The notes under the pieces are model-generated. The model had not been told where the DNA came from. It did no database searches and saw only the letters and a list, made by a program, of their open reading frames with translations. Shown here in pieces: positions 43,951 through 54,663 of a DNA stretch of 64,000 nucleotides. A program made the position numbers and the translations under genes. Within the stretch, counting starts at the first letter, position 1, and each line of letters opens with the position of its first letter. This stretch comes from Carpediemonas membranifera BICM (lineage: Eukaryota; Protista; Fornicata), in NCBI GenBank assembly GCA_019828565.1, contig JAHDYR010000038.1, positions 574,735 to 638,734 of the forward strand. The letters run 5' to 3'.

Positions 43951-44335
43951 TGATATACATGAAATGTAAATACCAGTGTTTTCCGTCATTCGTCTTCTGC
44001 AACAGACAAGAACAGTGTTTTTCGCCGTCATCGACTCGGAATTCGAGCCCCCATGCACTGTGCTCGATCTCCTGGCACTGCCTAGGTACATACATGGGTA
44101 GGTCGGAGAATTGATGTGATCATTTTCCGGACAATTTCCGCGGAGCGTATGAGTGAGGAAAGGACCGAGCTTCTGTACGTGGCAATAAGCGCATATCCAT
44201 TTTACACAGAGAGGGGCTTGTAGAAACGCTCCAGCTGCGGCTGATGGAGATGGGTGGGAATTATACGAAGACAAGGAAACAATTGGCAGTATGGGAGAAA
44301 TTTGGATCATTATTCGGACCCAATATGACGTATGT

Positions 44336-45439
44336 ATGGCAAATACAAGCTTATGCAGTCTCGACAAGCTCCGTTTGCGCATAGACGAGCTCCAACGCAA
44401 CAGCGATCCCGCGTTTCTTGACGCCCTTCGACACGAGTTGGAAGGGACGAAAGAATCTCTGCGTCAGACACAAGAGACTAGTAGAAGGCTTACCAGCAAC
44501 CTTAGTGAATCGAAACGCCAGCTTGCCGTCCACAAGGACACAATCGCCGACCTTCGCGAGCGTCTCGTCGCGAGTGAGCGGTCTCGGGAGGCGGAAAAGT
44601 CCCGGGTAGAGGACAGGGAAGTCCGAATCAAGGAGCTAGAGGATCAAATCCGTGCGATGCGCCGCGAGCGTGCGGCCATGCAGCCCCCGCTCACGGTCCA
44701 CACGGGCTCTGGGACGGACGAGGTCACGACTGTGCCGGTGTTGGTGCAGACAGAGAGCGTGCGGATGGTGAGCGAGGTCACGGTCACAGAGGCCGCGGCT
44801 GAGCCACCAGCCGTGCCCCGGCCGCCGACGATCGAGACCAGGGAGGAGCCCGCCGCCACACCGCCACTGAGCCACACACCCGCCCCGGCCCTCGTTCCAG
44901 TGGTAGAGACAGCCACCGCCAGTGTCCAGACAGACACGCTCGCCCCGATGTCCCGCATGGCCTCCCTGGCGACAGAGGTCGAGGGCCCAGTCCAAGAGAC
45001 CAAGGCCGTCCAGGTCGCCCGGTCTGGCGCCATCGTGGGCAGCTGGATGCCAGTCCGGGGTCCGTTCTCGGATATCCAGGACCCTACCGTGCTTTCACTC
45101 CGACTGTCAGTTTATGATCCGACTTGGGTTGACTGCGCCCTGGCTGTATTCCTGCCGGCGCCCAGGACCCTTGTGTTTGAAGTACCGCTGAACTCCAGGG
45201 GCGAGGGGCATGCCGAGGTCAAGGTGGTCCTATCTGCGCGAGAGCTTCCCATGCTTTGCAAGGGGACGATTGCCACCATCCCCATGGCCCTGCTGTCCCC
45301 CAGTATCGGCCTTAAAATGCTCACATGGACCCGGGTGTCGTTGGACAAGACGGTGGGGCGGGACATGCCGATTGGACCATCGGACAGGGGCGAGGGCTTC
45401 GTGGAGGCGAGCTACAGGGTCAGGAGGCGGAGCGGGTGA
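44336..45439 (+). CDS. Coiled-coil hypothetical protein with a beta-rich C-terminal domain
   Basis: Long ORF with a heptad-rich N-terminus; start uncertain (44291 or 44336). Confidence 0.6.
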   Translation: MANTSLCSLDKLRLRIDELQRNSDPAFLDALRHELEGTKESLRQTQETSRRLTSNLSESKRQLAVHKDTIADLRERLVASERSREAEKSRVEDREVRIKELEDQIRAMRRERAAMQPPLTVHTGSGTDEVTTVPVLVQTESVRMVSEVTVTEAAAEPPAVPRPPTIETREEPAATPPLSHTPAPALVPVVETATASVQTDTLAPMSRMASLATEVEGPVQETKAVQVARSGAIVGSWMPVRGPFSDIQDPTVLSLRLSVYDPTWVDCALAVFLPAPRTLVFEVPLNSRGEGHAEVKVVLSARELPMLCKGTIATIPMALLSPSIGLKMLTWTRVSLDKTVGRDMPIGPSDRGEGFVEASYRVRRRSG

Positions 45440-46593
45440 GGAGGGGTGTTGTGGACAGCAGGCTTCACCCTATGTTACTAGCTGATAAACTTACTAGGAT
45501 TCTCTGGGTGGGGAGGTGATATGTCTTAAGCTGCCCGGTACGACTTTGGGGGAAGTTCTGGGAAGAACCCAGGGAAACACACAAGTCGCTTATGTAATTT
45601 AATCACTTGCAGCTTATCTACATGCGGCCAGCCGGGGCCAGCCACTCCGCTGGAAGGATCTCGTCGCTGTAGCGAGCATTAAGGTGCACCCTGTCTCTTT
45701 GAATCTAATCGTGACGGCTCTACCTCCAACCAATGATCAAGTAATGACCGACATTGCCACCTGCTCGATCCGGGTCTGGGGGGAAGCATGCAGCTGTTTG
45801 TTTGACCAACCAAGGTCGAACCAGACCAGTTGTTATCCATTCTTCCTGTTGCGCAGTATAACCACATTGTTCGATCCTTCAATGGCAGACTTCCATGTGC
45901 CGCGCAGGATTAGAATTGCTTAACTTAACCTGCACCTTGGTCAAAAAAAGAGAAAGAAAACGGACAGAACGATGGGAAACGCTGGAACAAGTTCACCCGC
46001 CATGCCGGATTTTGATACATCCCCCAAAGAGCAGGAGAGCGAGAGCCCCGAGTGTTCCAAGCCAATTGCTCCTCAGCGTTCCATGATATAATGTGGCCAT
46101 AAAAGAGTTCTTGCAGATGATTGAAATGTTTCTTCCCTGAATACGCACGTAGAGACCTCACCGCAAGACCACACACCCAAATGAATGGATGCCATGGCAA
46201 CAGCGGCAGCAACCCACGTCACTGGTTGTTTGGAGAGGTTGCAGCCCTGCCAGATCTACCACACAAGCCACAAGCATACGGCCACTGACAACCGCAGCCA
46301 GCCTGGCATCACAAGTCTTAGTTTCAATCCCATCACCCTTCAGTGTCAGATTCTGATCTGATTCAGCTTAACCATTGACCAGTCGAGCATGCAGTACACG
46401 TGCGTCACTGTCTCGGGCCTGTACGATGTGGCTGACGACGTCACTCATCTTACTGCGGCCAAAATATTTGGCGGCACAATCACAGGATCGCGTGCGGATC
46501 GGGTGGAGTCGTCAGCATTTAGCGAGCCCCGGTTGAGGTTGTTCTTTGACCCGCGGCGATTGTCTGTTAACCTGCGAATTGGATCGACGAGAA

Positions 46594-47185
46594 ATGGGGA
46601 CAACGAGCAGTACTCTTCACCAGGAAGAGCTTGAGGAGATTCAAATGGCGTCAAATTGTTTGTACCCTTATGCATTTCTCACGCAGTCACTCAGAAGGAG
46701 ATCAAGCGCCTGTACAAGCGTTTCAAGAAGCTTGACAAGGACTCGTCCGGTACCATCACTGCCGATGAGTTCCTAATGATTCCTGAGCTCGCTATGAACC
46801 CTCTTGGCCAGCGCATTATTTCTATCTTCGACGAGAACAAGGACGATAACGTCAACTTCCGCGAATACATCAAGGCTCTGAGTGTATTCTCCTCTCGCAG
46901 CGATAAGACGGATAAGCTCAAGTGTACGCCCCTTTCCATCCCTTTTACCCAGTCGCCTTCAAGATCTACGACCTCGACAACGACGGCTTCATCAGCAACG
47001 GTGAGCTCTTCCAGGTTCTCAAGATGATGGTCGGGAACAACCTCAGCGACACACAGCTTCAGCAGATTGTCGACAAGACGATCCTCGAGGCCGACACCGA
47101 CGGCACTGGCCGCATCTCATTTGAGGAGTTCGCCAAGGTCCTCCAGCCCACCGACATCGAGGCCAAGATGAGCCTGAGGTTCTAG
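46594..47185 (+). CDS. CNB1: Calcineurin B subunit; introns 46658-46686 and 46924-46952
   Basis: Spliced product [64 protein letters not shown]; four EF hands. Confidence 0.95.
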
Positions 47186-47573
47186 GGTTTAGGGGGGCTG
47201 GATTTGTACACATATGCTCTATACTAGATTAAAGTTGCAAGACTGATGTCATGCTGGTGCAAAGCCGCAGTGGACGATGACAACCCCCTATTCACTGCCA
47301 CAGCTCGGGAAAGGACTGGCAAGAGTCGATGAGAGTAAAGCATGCTTGGTATAGTCGGGAGCGGACGCAGTGTCGGATCCTGGCAGGATGGTGCGAGCAT
47401 GGGGTGGACTCGGTCCTGGTTGGTGAGAGTGGCAATGATTTGGGGCACTACAGCTGCTATGGGACGGGTCTCATGTTCGTGGCATCTGGTGATAGATATG
47501 GCGGTCGAATCATGTCTGAATTTCGCATCAGATCTCGCATGATCTCCCGACAACGACAACGACAACCAAAAAC

Positions 47574-48993
47574 ATGGCTGATTCTTCTATTCAGGGTATT
47601 TATGACGCTCTTAAGAGCTTTGAACGTACTAGAGAGCCCCGTTCGATCGAATGGCGCCGCGCCCAGCTCAAGGCTCTCAAGCACATGCTTTCCGCCGAAA
47701 AGGACGGTGCCCTCAAGGCTCTGAAAGAAGATCTGGGCCGCTGCGATACAGAATCGATCATGGAGTACAGTACCATCGTCTCCGACGTCTCCCACATCCT
47801 TTCCCACCTCCCCTCTCTCGTGGCCCCCCAATGTTCGTCCTTCCCCGTCCCATCACACAGCAGTAGAGCGCGCCATGCTGCACTGGCCGTGCGAGGCGTC
47901 CATTGTGACTGAGCCTCTCGGCACCGTCCTCATCATCTCCCCGTGGAACTACCCACTTTCACTTGCCCTACAGCCTCTCGTTGGGGCCCTGGCTGCGGGC
48001 AACTGCGCTGTAATCAAGCCCAGTGAGGTCGCCACTGCTTGTGAGAAGTGGCTTGTCGAGGCAGTACCGAGGTATCTCGACAAGCGCGCCGTCGCGGTCG
48101 TCCCGGGCGGTGTGGAAGTGTCTACCGAGCTGCTCAAGCTCCACTGGGACCACATCTTCTACACAGGCAACAGCGTGGTCGCGCGCATCGTCATGCGTGC
48201 CGCGGCTGAGCATCTCACCCCCGTGACCCTGGAGCTCGGCGGGAAGAGCCCAGTGGTCGTCGCCAACGACGCTGATATGAGATCTGCAGCCAGGAAGCTG
48301 CTGTGGGGCAAGCATCTCAACTGCGGGCAGACGTGCGTGGGCCCGGACTACGTGTTGACCACGCCAGACGCCTTTGAGCCGCTCAGCGCCGCATTCAAGG
48401 CGGAGTACGCCAAGATAGCGCCCTCTGGAGACCTCAAGGAGAGCAAGGACTACCCTCGTATTATCAATCATCGTCATACCGAGCGTCTGGCCGGCCTCGT
48501 GGCCGAGTTGCCCGAGACCATCGTCGGGTCGACCTCGGACATCGATGTCGAGGCGAAGTACATCCCCATCATCGTAGCGAAGGTCGATAAGACCCACCCC
48601 CTGATGGACGGAGAGATCTTTGGCCCGATCCTCCCGATTATCGTAGTTGACTCCATCGATGAGTCGATTGACTACATCAACTCGAGAGACAAGCCACTCG
48701 CCCTGTACGCCTTCACCAAGAGCAAGAAGACGTGGGCGAAGATCCTCGGCTCGACCTCATCTGGGGGCGCGGCATGCAATGATGTGATCGTGCACCTGTC
48801 GCACACCGGCCTGCCCTTTGGCGGCGTAGGCGAGAGTGGCATGGGCAACTACCACGGCGACCAGTCGTACCACACTTTCTCCCACCACCGGAGCGTGCTG
48901 AAGAAGGGCTCCATTGAGACGGACAAGATGCTGCGGTACCCACCGTACAAGCACTCCAAGATGCTTGATCTGTCCCTAAATCTGCTCAACTAA
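47574..48993 (+). CDS. ALDH3: Aldehyde dehydrogenase family 3; intron 47833-47860
   Basis: EPLGTVLIISPWNYP, LELGGKSP, GQTCVGPDY, EIFGPILP and PFGGVGESGMG motifs. Confidence 0.93.
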
Positions 48994-49235
48994 GCATGTA
49001 AAGCATGTAAATGAAAAGTCTAAGGAGACCTGGGCTGATAGACTTGAGGAATGAGGGACACGATTGGGATCATTGGTGGGAACGTGCGGCTGTCGACCCT
49101 GCTGGCAGCTAGATGCAGCGATCGCTGACTGACATGACTGATGGCAGAATAGCAGTTATGTGTCGTCTCCGTAAACCGTAAATGGCGACGAAATGACCTG
49201 TGCAGGTCTCCTGTAGAAGTATTTGACCCATTGAT

Positions 49236-50156
49236 ATGAAAGTTCTAGTTACTGGCGGCGCGGGCTTCATTGGTTCCCATGTTTGTGAGCATATGCTCCG
49301 GGATGGCCACACGGTGATCGTGTTCGACAACCTATCTTCTGGGAAGCTGTCCAACATCGATGGCTTGTTCAATCAGTATCCGATCTCGTTTATTAAGGGC
49401 GATATCACGTCGGAGACCGATCTTCAGCTCATTCCAGCTTGTGACGCCGTCGTGCACCTGGCGGCGGCGATCTCGGTCATCGAATCGATGTCTAACCCCC
49501 GCAAGTACGAGGAAACGAATGTTGAGGGTTCCCGCAAGGTCTATGAGTGGGCCAAGAGCCATGGGGCGACTACCATCGTCTCTGCGTCATCTGCGGCCGT
49601 CTACGGCGACGCACCCCCACCTCTCGACGAATCGGCGGCCAACGGCGGCCTCTCCCCCTACGCCCAGACGAAGTTCGAGATGGAGAAGGTGGGACGCCAG
49701 TTTGAGTCGTTGAAGTGCCACTACCTGCGCTTCTTCAACGTCTACGGCCCCCGGCAGGACCCGACGTCGCCCTACACTGGCGCCATCTCCATCTTCATGG
49801 ACAGATCGACCACTAACCGCGACATCACCGTCTTCGGCGACGGCGAGCAGACCCGCGACTTTGTCAGCGTCTCTGATGTTGCTGCGGCAATTAAGATGCT
49901 CATCACCACCCCCGACCTCGAAAGGCAGACCCTGAACGTCGGCACCAGCTCAACCATCAGCATCAATGAGCTTGTTGACATCATCCTCGTCATCACAGGC
50001 TCGAAGAGCAAGGTGGCCCACGGAGACGAGCGGGCCGGCGAGATCAAGCACTCGTGCGCCAACACAGACGCTATCCGCCGACTTGGCTGGGCCCCGAATG
50101 TGGAGCTGCGGGAGGGTCTGGGCGAGCTCGTGGAGTGGTTTGTGGGCCAGCAGTAA
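49236..50156 (+). CDS. NAD-dependent sugar-nucleotide epimerase (UDP-Glc/GlcNAc 4-epimerase-like)
   Basis: TGGAGFIGSH, SSAAVYG, YAQTK, RFFNVYGPRQDP and GDGEQTRDFV motifs. Confidence 0.9.
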   Translation: MKVLVTGGAGFIGSHVCEHMLRDGHTVIVFDNLSSGKLSNIDGLFNQYPISFIKGDITSETDLQLIPACDAVVHLAAAISVIESMSNPRKYEETNVEGSRKVYEWAKSHGATTIVSASSAAVYGDAPPPLDESAANGGLSPYAQTKFEMEKVGRQFESLKCHYLRFFNVYGPRQDPTSPYTGAISIFMDRSTTNRDITVFGDGEQTRDFVSVSDVAAAIKMLITTPDLERQTLNVGTSSTISINELVDIILVITGSKSKVAHGDERAGEIKHSCANTDAIRRLGWAPNVELREGLGELVEWFVGQQ

Positions 50157-50382
50157 AGCACAGCTTGAGAACAGTGGGAGCCGTTTTGAAGCCAGAGGCA
50201 ACCCGACAAGACGAAGATGGCAGGGGCGGAGGAATGTAACTCAGCGAACGTCTGTACAGCACTTATATAGACAGGCCCTATGTCACCCTTCCATGTCAAG
50301 ACGTGTCGCCACGTGGTTGTGACATGCTCGTGCAAGAAAAACTGAGCTTGCACGAAAAAAGTCATAACTGAGAGAAGACGTA

Positions 50383-50916
50383 ATGGCGAACAGTGCAACT
50401 CCTGCGGGCCAGAGGAAGCGTGTGAATCAACAGAGAAAGAACAAAAAGAGCAGTAACAAGCGTGACGTTATGAAGATTGTTGTCGTGTCCTCCATTCTCG
50501 TTGCTCTGCTCGGATCCGGCGCCGTCGGCATGATCCGCCAGGCGATCGGGACACGCGACCGCAGCAAGATGGTTGCTGAGGCCCAGCGCATCCGCGAGAA
50601 GGCTGCTGAGCTGGGGATCGACGATATGGAGAAGGTGCAAGCGCTGTATCGTCTCAACGTCACCATTGATCAGTATGAGGAGCTTTCCGTGAACAAGACG
50701 TTCGAGGAGGTCTACATGGAGCGTTTCACCGAGCTGCAACGCCAGGGCGTCATCCCCCTCCTTCCCGAGCAGGAGGAGATGATCCGCCAGCAGATGGCAG
50801 AGGCCATGGAGGCTGGTGAGATGATGGGCGAGGGTGTTGAGACTGAAGCTGACCCTCTAGAGGAGCCCGCGGTAGAAGAGGTCGTCGTTGAGCCCGAGGA
50901 GATTGTCGTCGAGTAA
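50383..50916 (+). CDS. Single-pass membrane hypothetical protein
   Basis: Basic N-terminus, one TM helix, acidic tail. Confidence 0.65.
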   Translation: MANSATPAGQRKRVNQQRKNKKSSNKRDVMKIVVVSSILVALLGSGAVGMIRQAIGTRDRSKMVAEAQRIREKAAELGIDDMEKVQALYRLNVTIDQYEELSVNKTFEEVYMERFTELQRQGVIPLLPEQEEMIRQQMAEAMEAGEMMGEGVETEADPLEEPAVEEVVVEPEEIVVE

Positions 50917-51010
50917 TCATAAAGGCGTAGCGATGGTTGCGTTCTGGGTGTGAGAGATGTGAGTGTCCTTGTGGCTAGTTTGCTACCGGTGCGTTCCGTA
51001 TTTCGCGCAC

Positions 51011-52423
51011 ATGCAATCAGTTCCGCGAGCACCTGGTTTCGAGCCAGATGAGCGGCGCTCCTACGACATATCAGCATACAGGTGCTACAAATCTTCAAAG
51101 AGCTTCCTGGACGGCCGGCATATGGCGCGATATTGGCACATCGATTCGTCCACCCGTTTCTCGGCCTCCTGCTTCACCAAGGACCTCCACGGCTTCGGAT
51201 GCTTCGTCCTAGGGGCATCTCAAGAGGACCGCGTCGTTGGTCCTGGCCGCGAAGGCCCTGGATCGATACTCATCCTCGATGTCAGTGGCGGCGAGTACAA
51301 CGGCCAGTGGACCATCGAGCACGGGTACGGCGACGTATACAAGCTCGAACCGATCCCTCAGACGAGTATGTTCGTCATCCATTCCAGTTCTTTCGCCGTG
51401 GTCGTCGACATCGCCCTCGAGGACGACCGTCTGCTCATGACCGAGGCCTGCGCCATCGACCCGCCCCCAACTGGCGGGGTCCACGATGACGTGGTCACTG
51501 CGGTGGGTCTGGTGGACAACACGGACTTCGGCCTGGTCCTGTGCGTGGGTACCCTGCTGGGTCGGGTCCTCGTCTACACCATGGCCGACCCCGCCGCCCC
51601 AGAACTCGTGTGGGCACTCGGGGCAACTCTACGCTACCCCATAGTGCAGATCTCTCCGCTTAGACTCGGCTTCTCCCTTGTGGACGCCGTTTCGTCCGTA
51701 TACAACCTGGACCTCAACCAGCCCGACAACTTCACCACCCCCGTCACCTCAGGGAGCACTACACACAGCCCTACATGCGCTACGACGGTCCGCATATTCG
51801 GGTGCGACCAGACCCTCGTGGGGCGAACGAGCTTTGGGCTCCTGCCATTGTCCTCGAATCTCTTATCCAAGCAGGGCATCGCACTCGCTCCCGCGCCGCT
51901 TTTCAAGATATTTGACAAGACATATGTCTCGTCTATCGCCCAGGTTGGTGAGATAATCACTATAGGCATGATGACGGGCGAGGTCCTTGTTGCTCACACC
52001 GATGGCATCCAGTTGACGATGGGGTACAGGAACTCCTGGGGCGTGACTAGCAGGAATAGGAAGGCGAGTGAGCGGTTCTTCGACTTCCAGCCGCTATACA
52101 GGGTTAAGCCGGACGGCAGCACGCGACACCTTGGATCACGCGTCACGACCGCGGATCGGATGCATCTTATCCCGTCCAAGATTGAGCACCGCCGTCTGAC
52201 GCCAGTGGGCAAAGAGATCACCCGCACGTTCAACATTCGGCAGGCCCTCATCGACCGGTGGGCGAAGGACGACCCCGCCGACCGCTCTCCGGTGACAACG
52301 GTGTGTGTGGGCGTTACCAGTGGGCCCATTCTGTCGCTGTCCGCGGGTCGGGGCGGGGTCAGGGTCATGGAGCTCCGGCTTGGCAGTGTGGCTTCTGGCG
52401 GTGGGGAGGTTGAGATGGAATGA
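51011..52423 (+). CDS. Hypothetical beta-propeller-like protein
   Basis: 470-aa ORF with WD-like blades (LCVGTLLGRVLVY, TIGMMTGEVLV). Confidence 0.6.
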   Translation: MQSVPRAPGFEPDERRSYDISAYRCYKSSKSFLDGRHMARYWHIDSSTRFSASCFTKDLHGFGCFVLGASQEDRVVGPGREGPGSILILDVSGGEYNGQWTIEHGYGDVYKLEPIPQTSMFVIHSSSFAVVVDIALEDDRLLMTEACAIDPPPTGGVHDDVVTAVGLVDNTDFGLVLCVGTLLGRVLVYTMADPAAPELVWALGATLRYPIVQISPLRLGFSLVDAVSSVYNLDLNQPDNFTTPVTSGSTTHSPTCATTVRIFGCDQTLVGRTSFGLLPLSSNLLSKQGIALAPAPLFKIFDKTYVSSIAQVGEIITIGMMTGEVLVAHTDGIQLTMGYRNSWGVTSRNRKASERFFDFQPLYRVKPDGSTRHLGSRVTTADRMHLIPSKIEHRRLTPVGKEITRTFNIRQALIDRWAKDDPADRSPVTTVCVGVTSGPILSLSAGRGGVRVMELRLGSVASGGGEVEME

Positions 52424-52721
52424 GGGCGGTGAAGGGTCGAGCTGGCTATCCGATCCGGCGGTCTTTTCAAAACCCCCATTCCGGCACCAACAATTTTTCC
52501 AAAAAGTACCATTATTCTTGCAGATCGGCTGTAAACTGAGAGAACAGACCATGCGTGTCGCATTACGTTCAATACACCCTTGTTCGCCCCTCCATGGTTT
52601 CGAGCACTTTAAGGTCAAGCGCAGCAAACGCAGATAGCAACTGTGTGTTCCGCCTTTGAGGAGGAACCCGGCAGCGAGAGAGTCAATATTACAAGATCGA
52701 ATCGAATCTGAAGCCGAAAGC

Positions 52722-53859
52722 ATGGCCCCAGAGCGTTTGAAGCAGCTAGTGGCACAAAAGGGCTTTGTGTGGATATATGATTACTCTCTCGGCTTCATAT
52801 ACCTTGCGAACGCGACAATTATGCCGCTCTACAACTATCTCTGCTACAGAGGCCACCACCATGCCGTACGCCCGTTCCCCTATCCTGTTACGTTCACAGC
52901 GATCCAGCTGTTTGCAACTTGCGCGTTCATGACCGTTGCCAACATCGCACTGCACTTTCTCCGCCCTCATCGCCATGGATCATCCTGGGTCCTCGGCAGG
53001 GGCCTCCTAGTCAAGCTGTATGCCACCTCCGCCCCACCACAGCTCACACAGCTCCATGCTCTTCATGCCAGCCGCTATATTCGCTGGGAACATGTCCATG
53101 ATGAACATGGGTCTGATGAAGACGTCCGTCTCGGTACACGTCCTCCTCCGCGGCTCAGAGATCGTATGGATCATCCTCATGGCCTGGATACTACAGAAGG
53201 AGAGGCCTAGGGTGCTCACGGTGGCGTGTATCGCCCTGCTCTTCGTCGGCACAGCCCTGGTCTCCTTGCAGCTCCTTCTATCAAACGGCCTTGGCTCGCT
53301 CGGCCTCGGGGCTCTCCTCATGAACATGCTGCCGACCATGATTGCCCCTGCTTACTCAGTCCTCCTCAAATGGACGATCCAGCGACTCAAGCTCGAGGGC
53401 TATCAGATGCATCCGACTGAGACAACCGCACTCGTCATTGGACTAACCGCAACCGTCATGATATGCCCCACACCATGGCTCGAGCCCGGGGCGGCAGTGG
53501 AGCTGCTTCACATCCACCTTCCCCTCTTCATTGTCCTATGCTTTGGATGTGTCTTAACCTGCACATTCAAATTTGTAATGATCGCGATGCTCGACCGCCA
53601 ACACGTGATAACTGTAGGCATAGTAGGCCAGATGAAGATCATCCCCCAGGTAATCATGGATGTGCTCTTCTTCAAGAACTACCCCTGCACCGTCCTCATG
53701 GTCCTTGGCACTGGCGTCAACGTCGTCGGTGCGCTGAGCTATGCAGTGCTGGAATGGCTTGGGCTGACGTACCGTGGGAATGAGCCGGTGCATAAGCCGG
53801 CGAGCACTGCGGATGACCTTGACCCGCTGCTGGGGGACGAGGGCAGCCTGAATGGGTAG
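52722..53859 (+). CDS. Nucleotide-sugar/triose-phosphate (SLC35/TPT) family transporter; intron 53018-53051
   Basis: FPYPVTFTAIQ and about 10 TM segments; removing GTATG...CACAG joins the two ORFs. Confidence 0.8.
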
Positions 53860-54151
53860 GGCCTGTGGGCATGGTAAACTACAGCGGTATCAGCTGTTGC
53901 GGATGGTCCAGGTTCCACCATCACTGATCTTCTATATACCATCACCCAAGTTACTAGCCGACCAACAAAGCAAGGTGAACACGGAAGGACCTGACCCAGC
54001 CAGAACGTCTGACCTGAGATGGCCGGTGTCTCAGGATAGGGAAGAGATGAGTTCTGCCCAGGTACCACTGCCTTACCACTGGGAGAAATATTGGGCGGCG
54101 ATCTCGCGAATCGATTTGCCAAAGAAGTCGCTTCGACAAAGAAAGCAGCAA

Positions 54152-54562
54152 ATGCAGTTCCAAGGAGGCGTTGATGATAAGGTTGTCTTCCTAGGCAAGA
54201 AGAACTACAACAAGAGCACCGCGAAGACGAAGCAGGATGTGGATGCGGCTCGCCGTGCTGGCAAGAGCGTAACCACGACCATGAAGGCCGCTGGTGCCAC
54301 TCAGGGCCGTGGCCTCGGGCCAGCAAACGCCAAGAAGATCGAGGAGACCGACATTGGCGCCGTCAAGCGTGTTTCCAGAGCCCAGGCTCAAGCAATTATT
54401 CAGGGCAGGAACGCCAAGAAGCTGACCCAGAAGGAGTTCGCGCAGCGTATGAACGTGCAGCCCACGGTCATTGGCGAGTACGAGACCTGCAAGGCCAAGC
54501 CTGACCAGCGTCTTCTGGCAAAGATGGAGAAGGTGCTCGGTGTCAAGATCCAAGGGCTGTAG
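54152..54562 (+). CDS. MBF1: Multiprotein bridging factor 1
   Basis: IIQGRNAKKLTQKEFAQRMN..EYE..KAKPDQRLLAKMEKVLGVK helix-turn-helix. Confidence 0.92.
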   Translation: MQFQGGVDDKVVFLGKKNYNKSTAKTKQDVDAARRAGKSVTTTMKAAGATQGRGLGPANAKKIEETDIGAVKRVSRAQAQAIIQGRNAKKLTQKEFAQRMNVQPTVIGEYETCKAKPDQRLLAKMEKVLGVKIQGL

Positions 54563-54663
54563 GATATAGGGCAGCGACACAGTAAATGCATCCCTCCATA
54601 TCCTCATCTCACTGCTACATGTTGGCGTGCCGCCTGCAGATTTATAAATCCAAATGGATCCCC

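Noticed and set aside
43955-44290. GAGGAAAGG and ACAGAGAGGGGCTT suggesting RNase P/MRP or U6
   Set aside because: The motifs are partial, cannot form the P4 helix and lack the U6 context.
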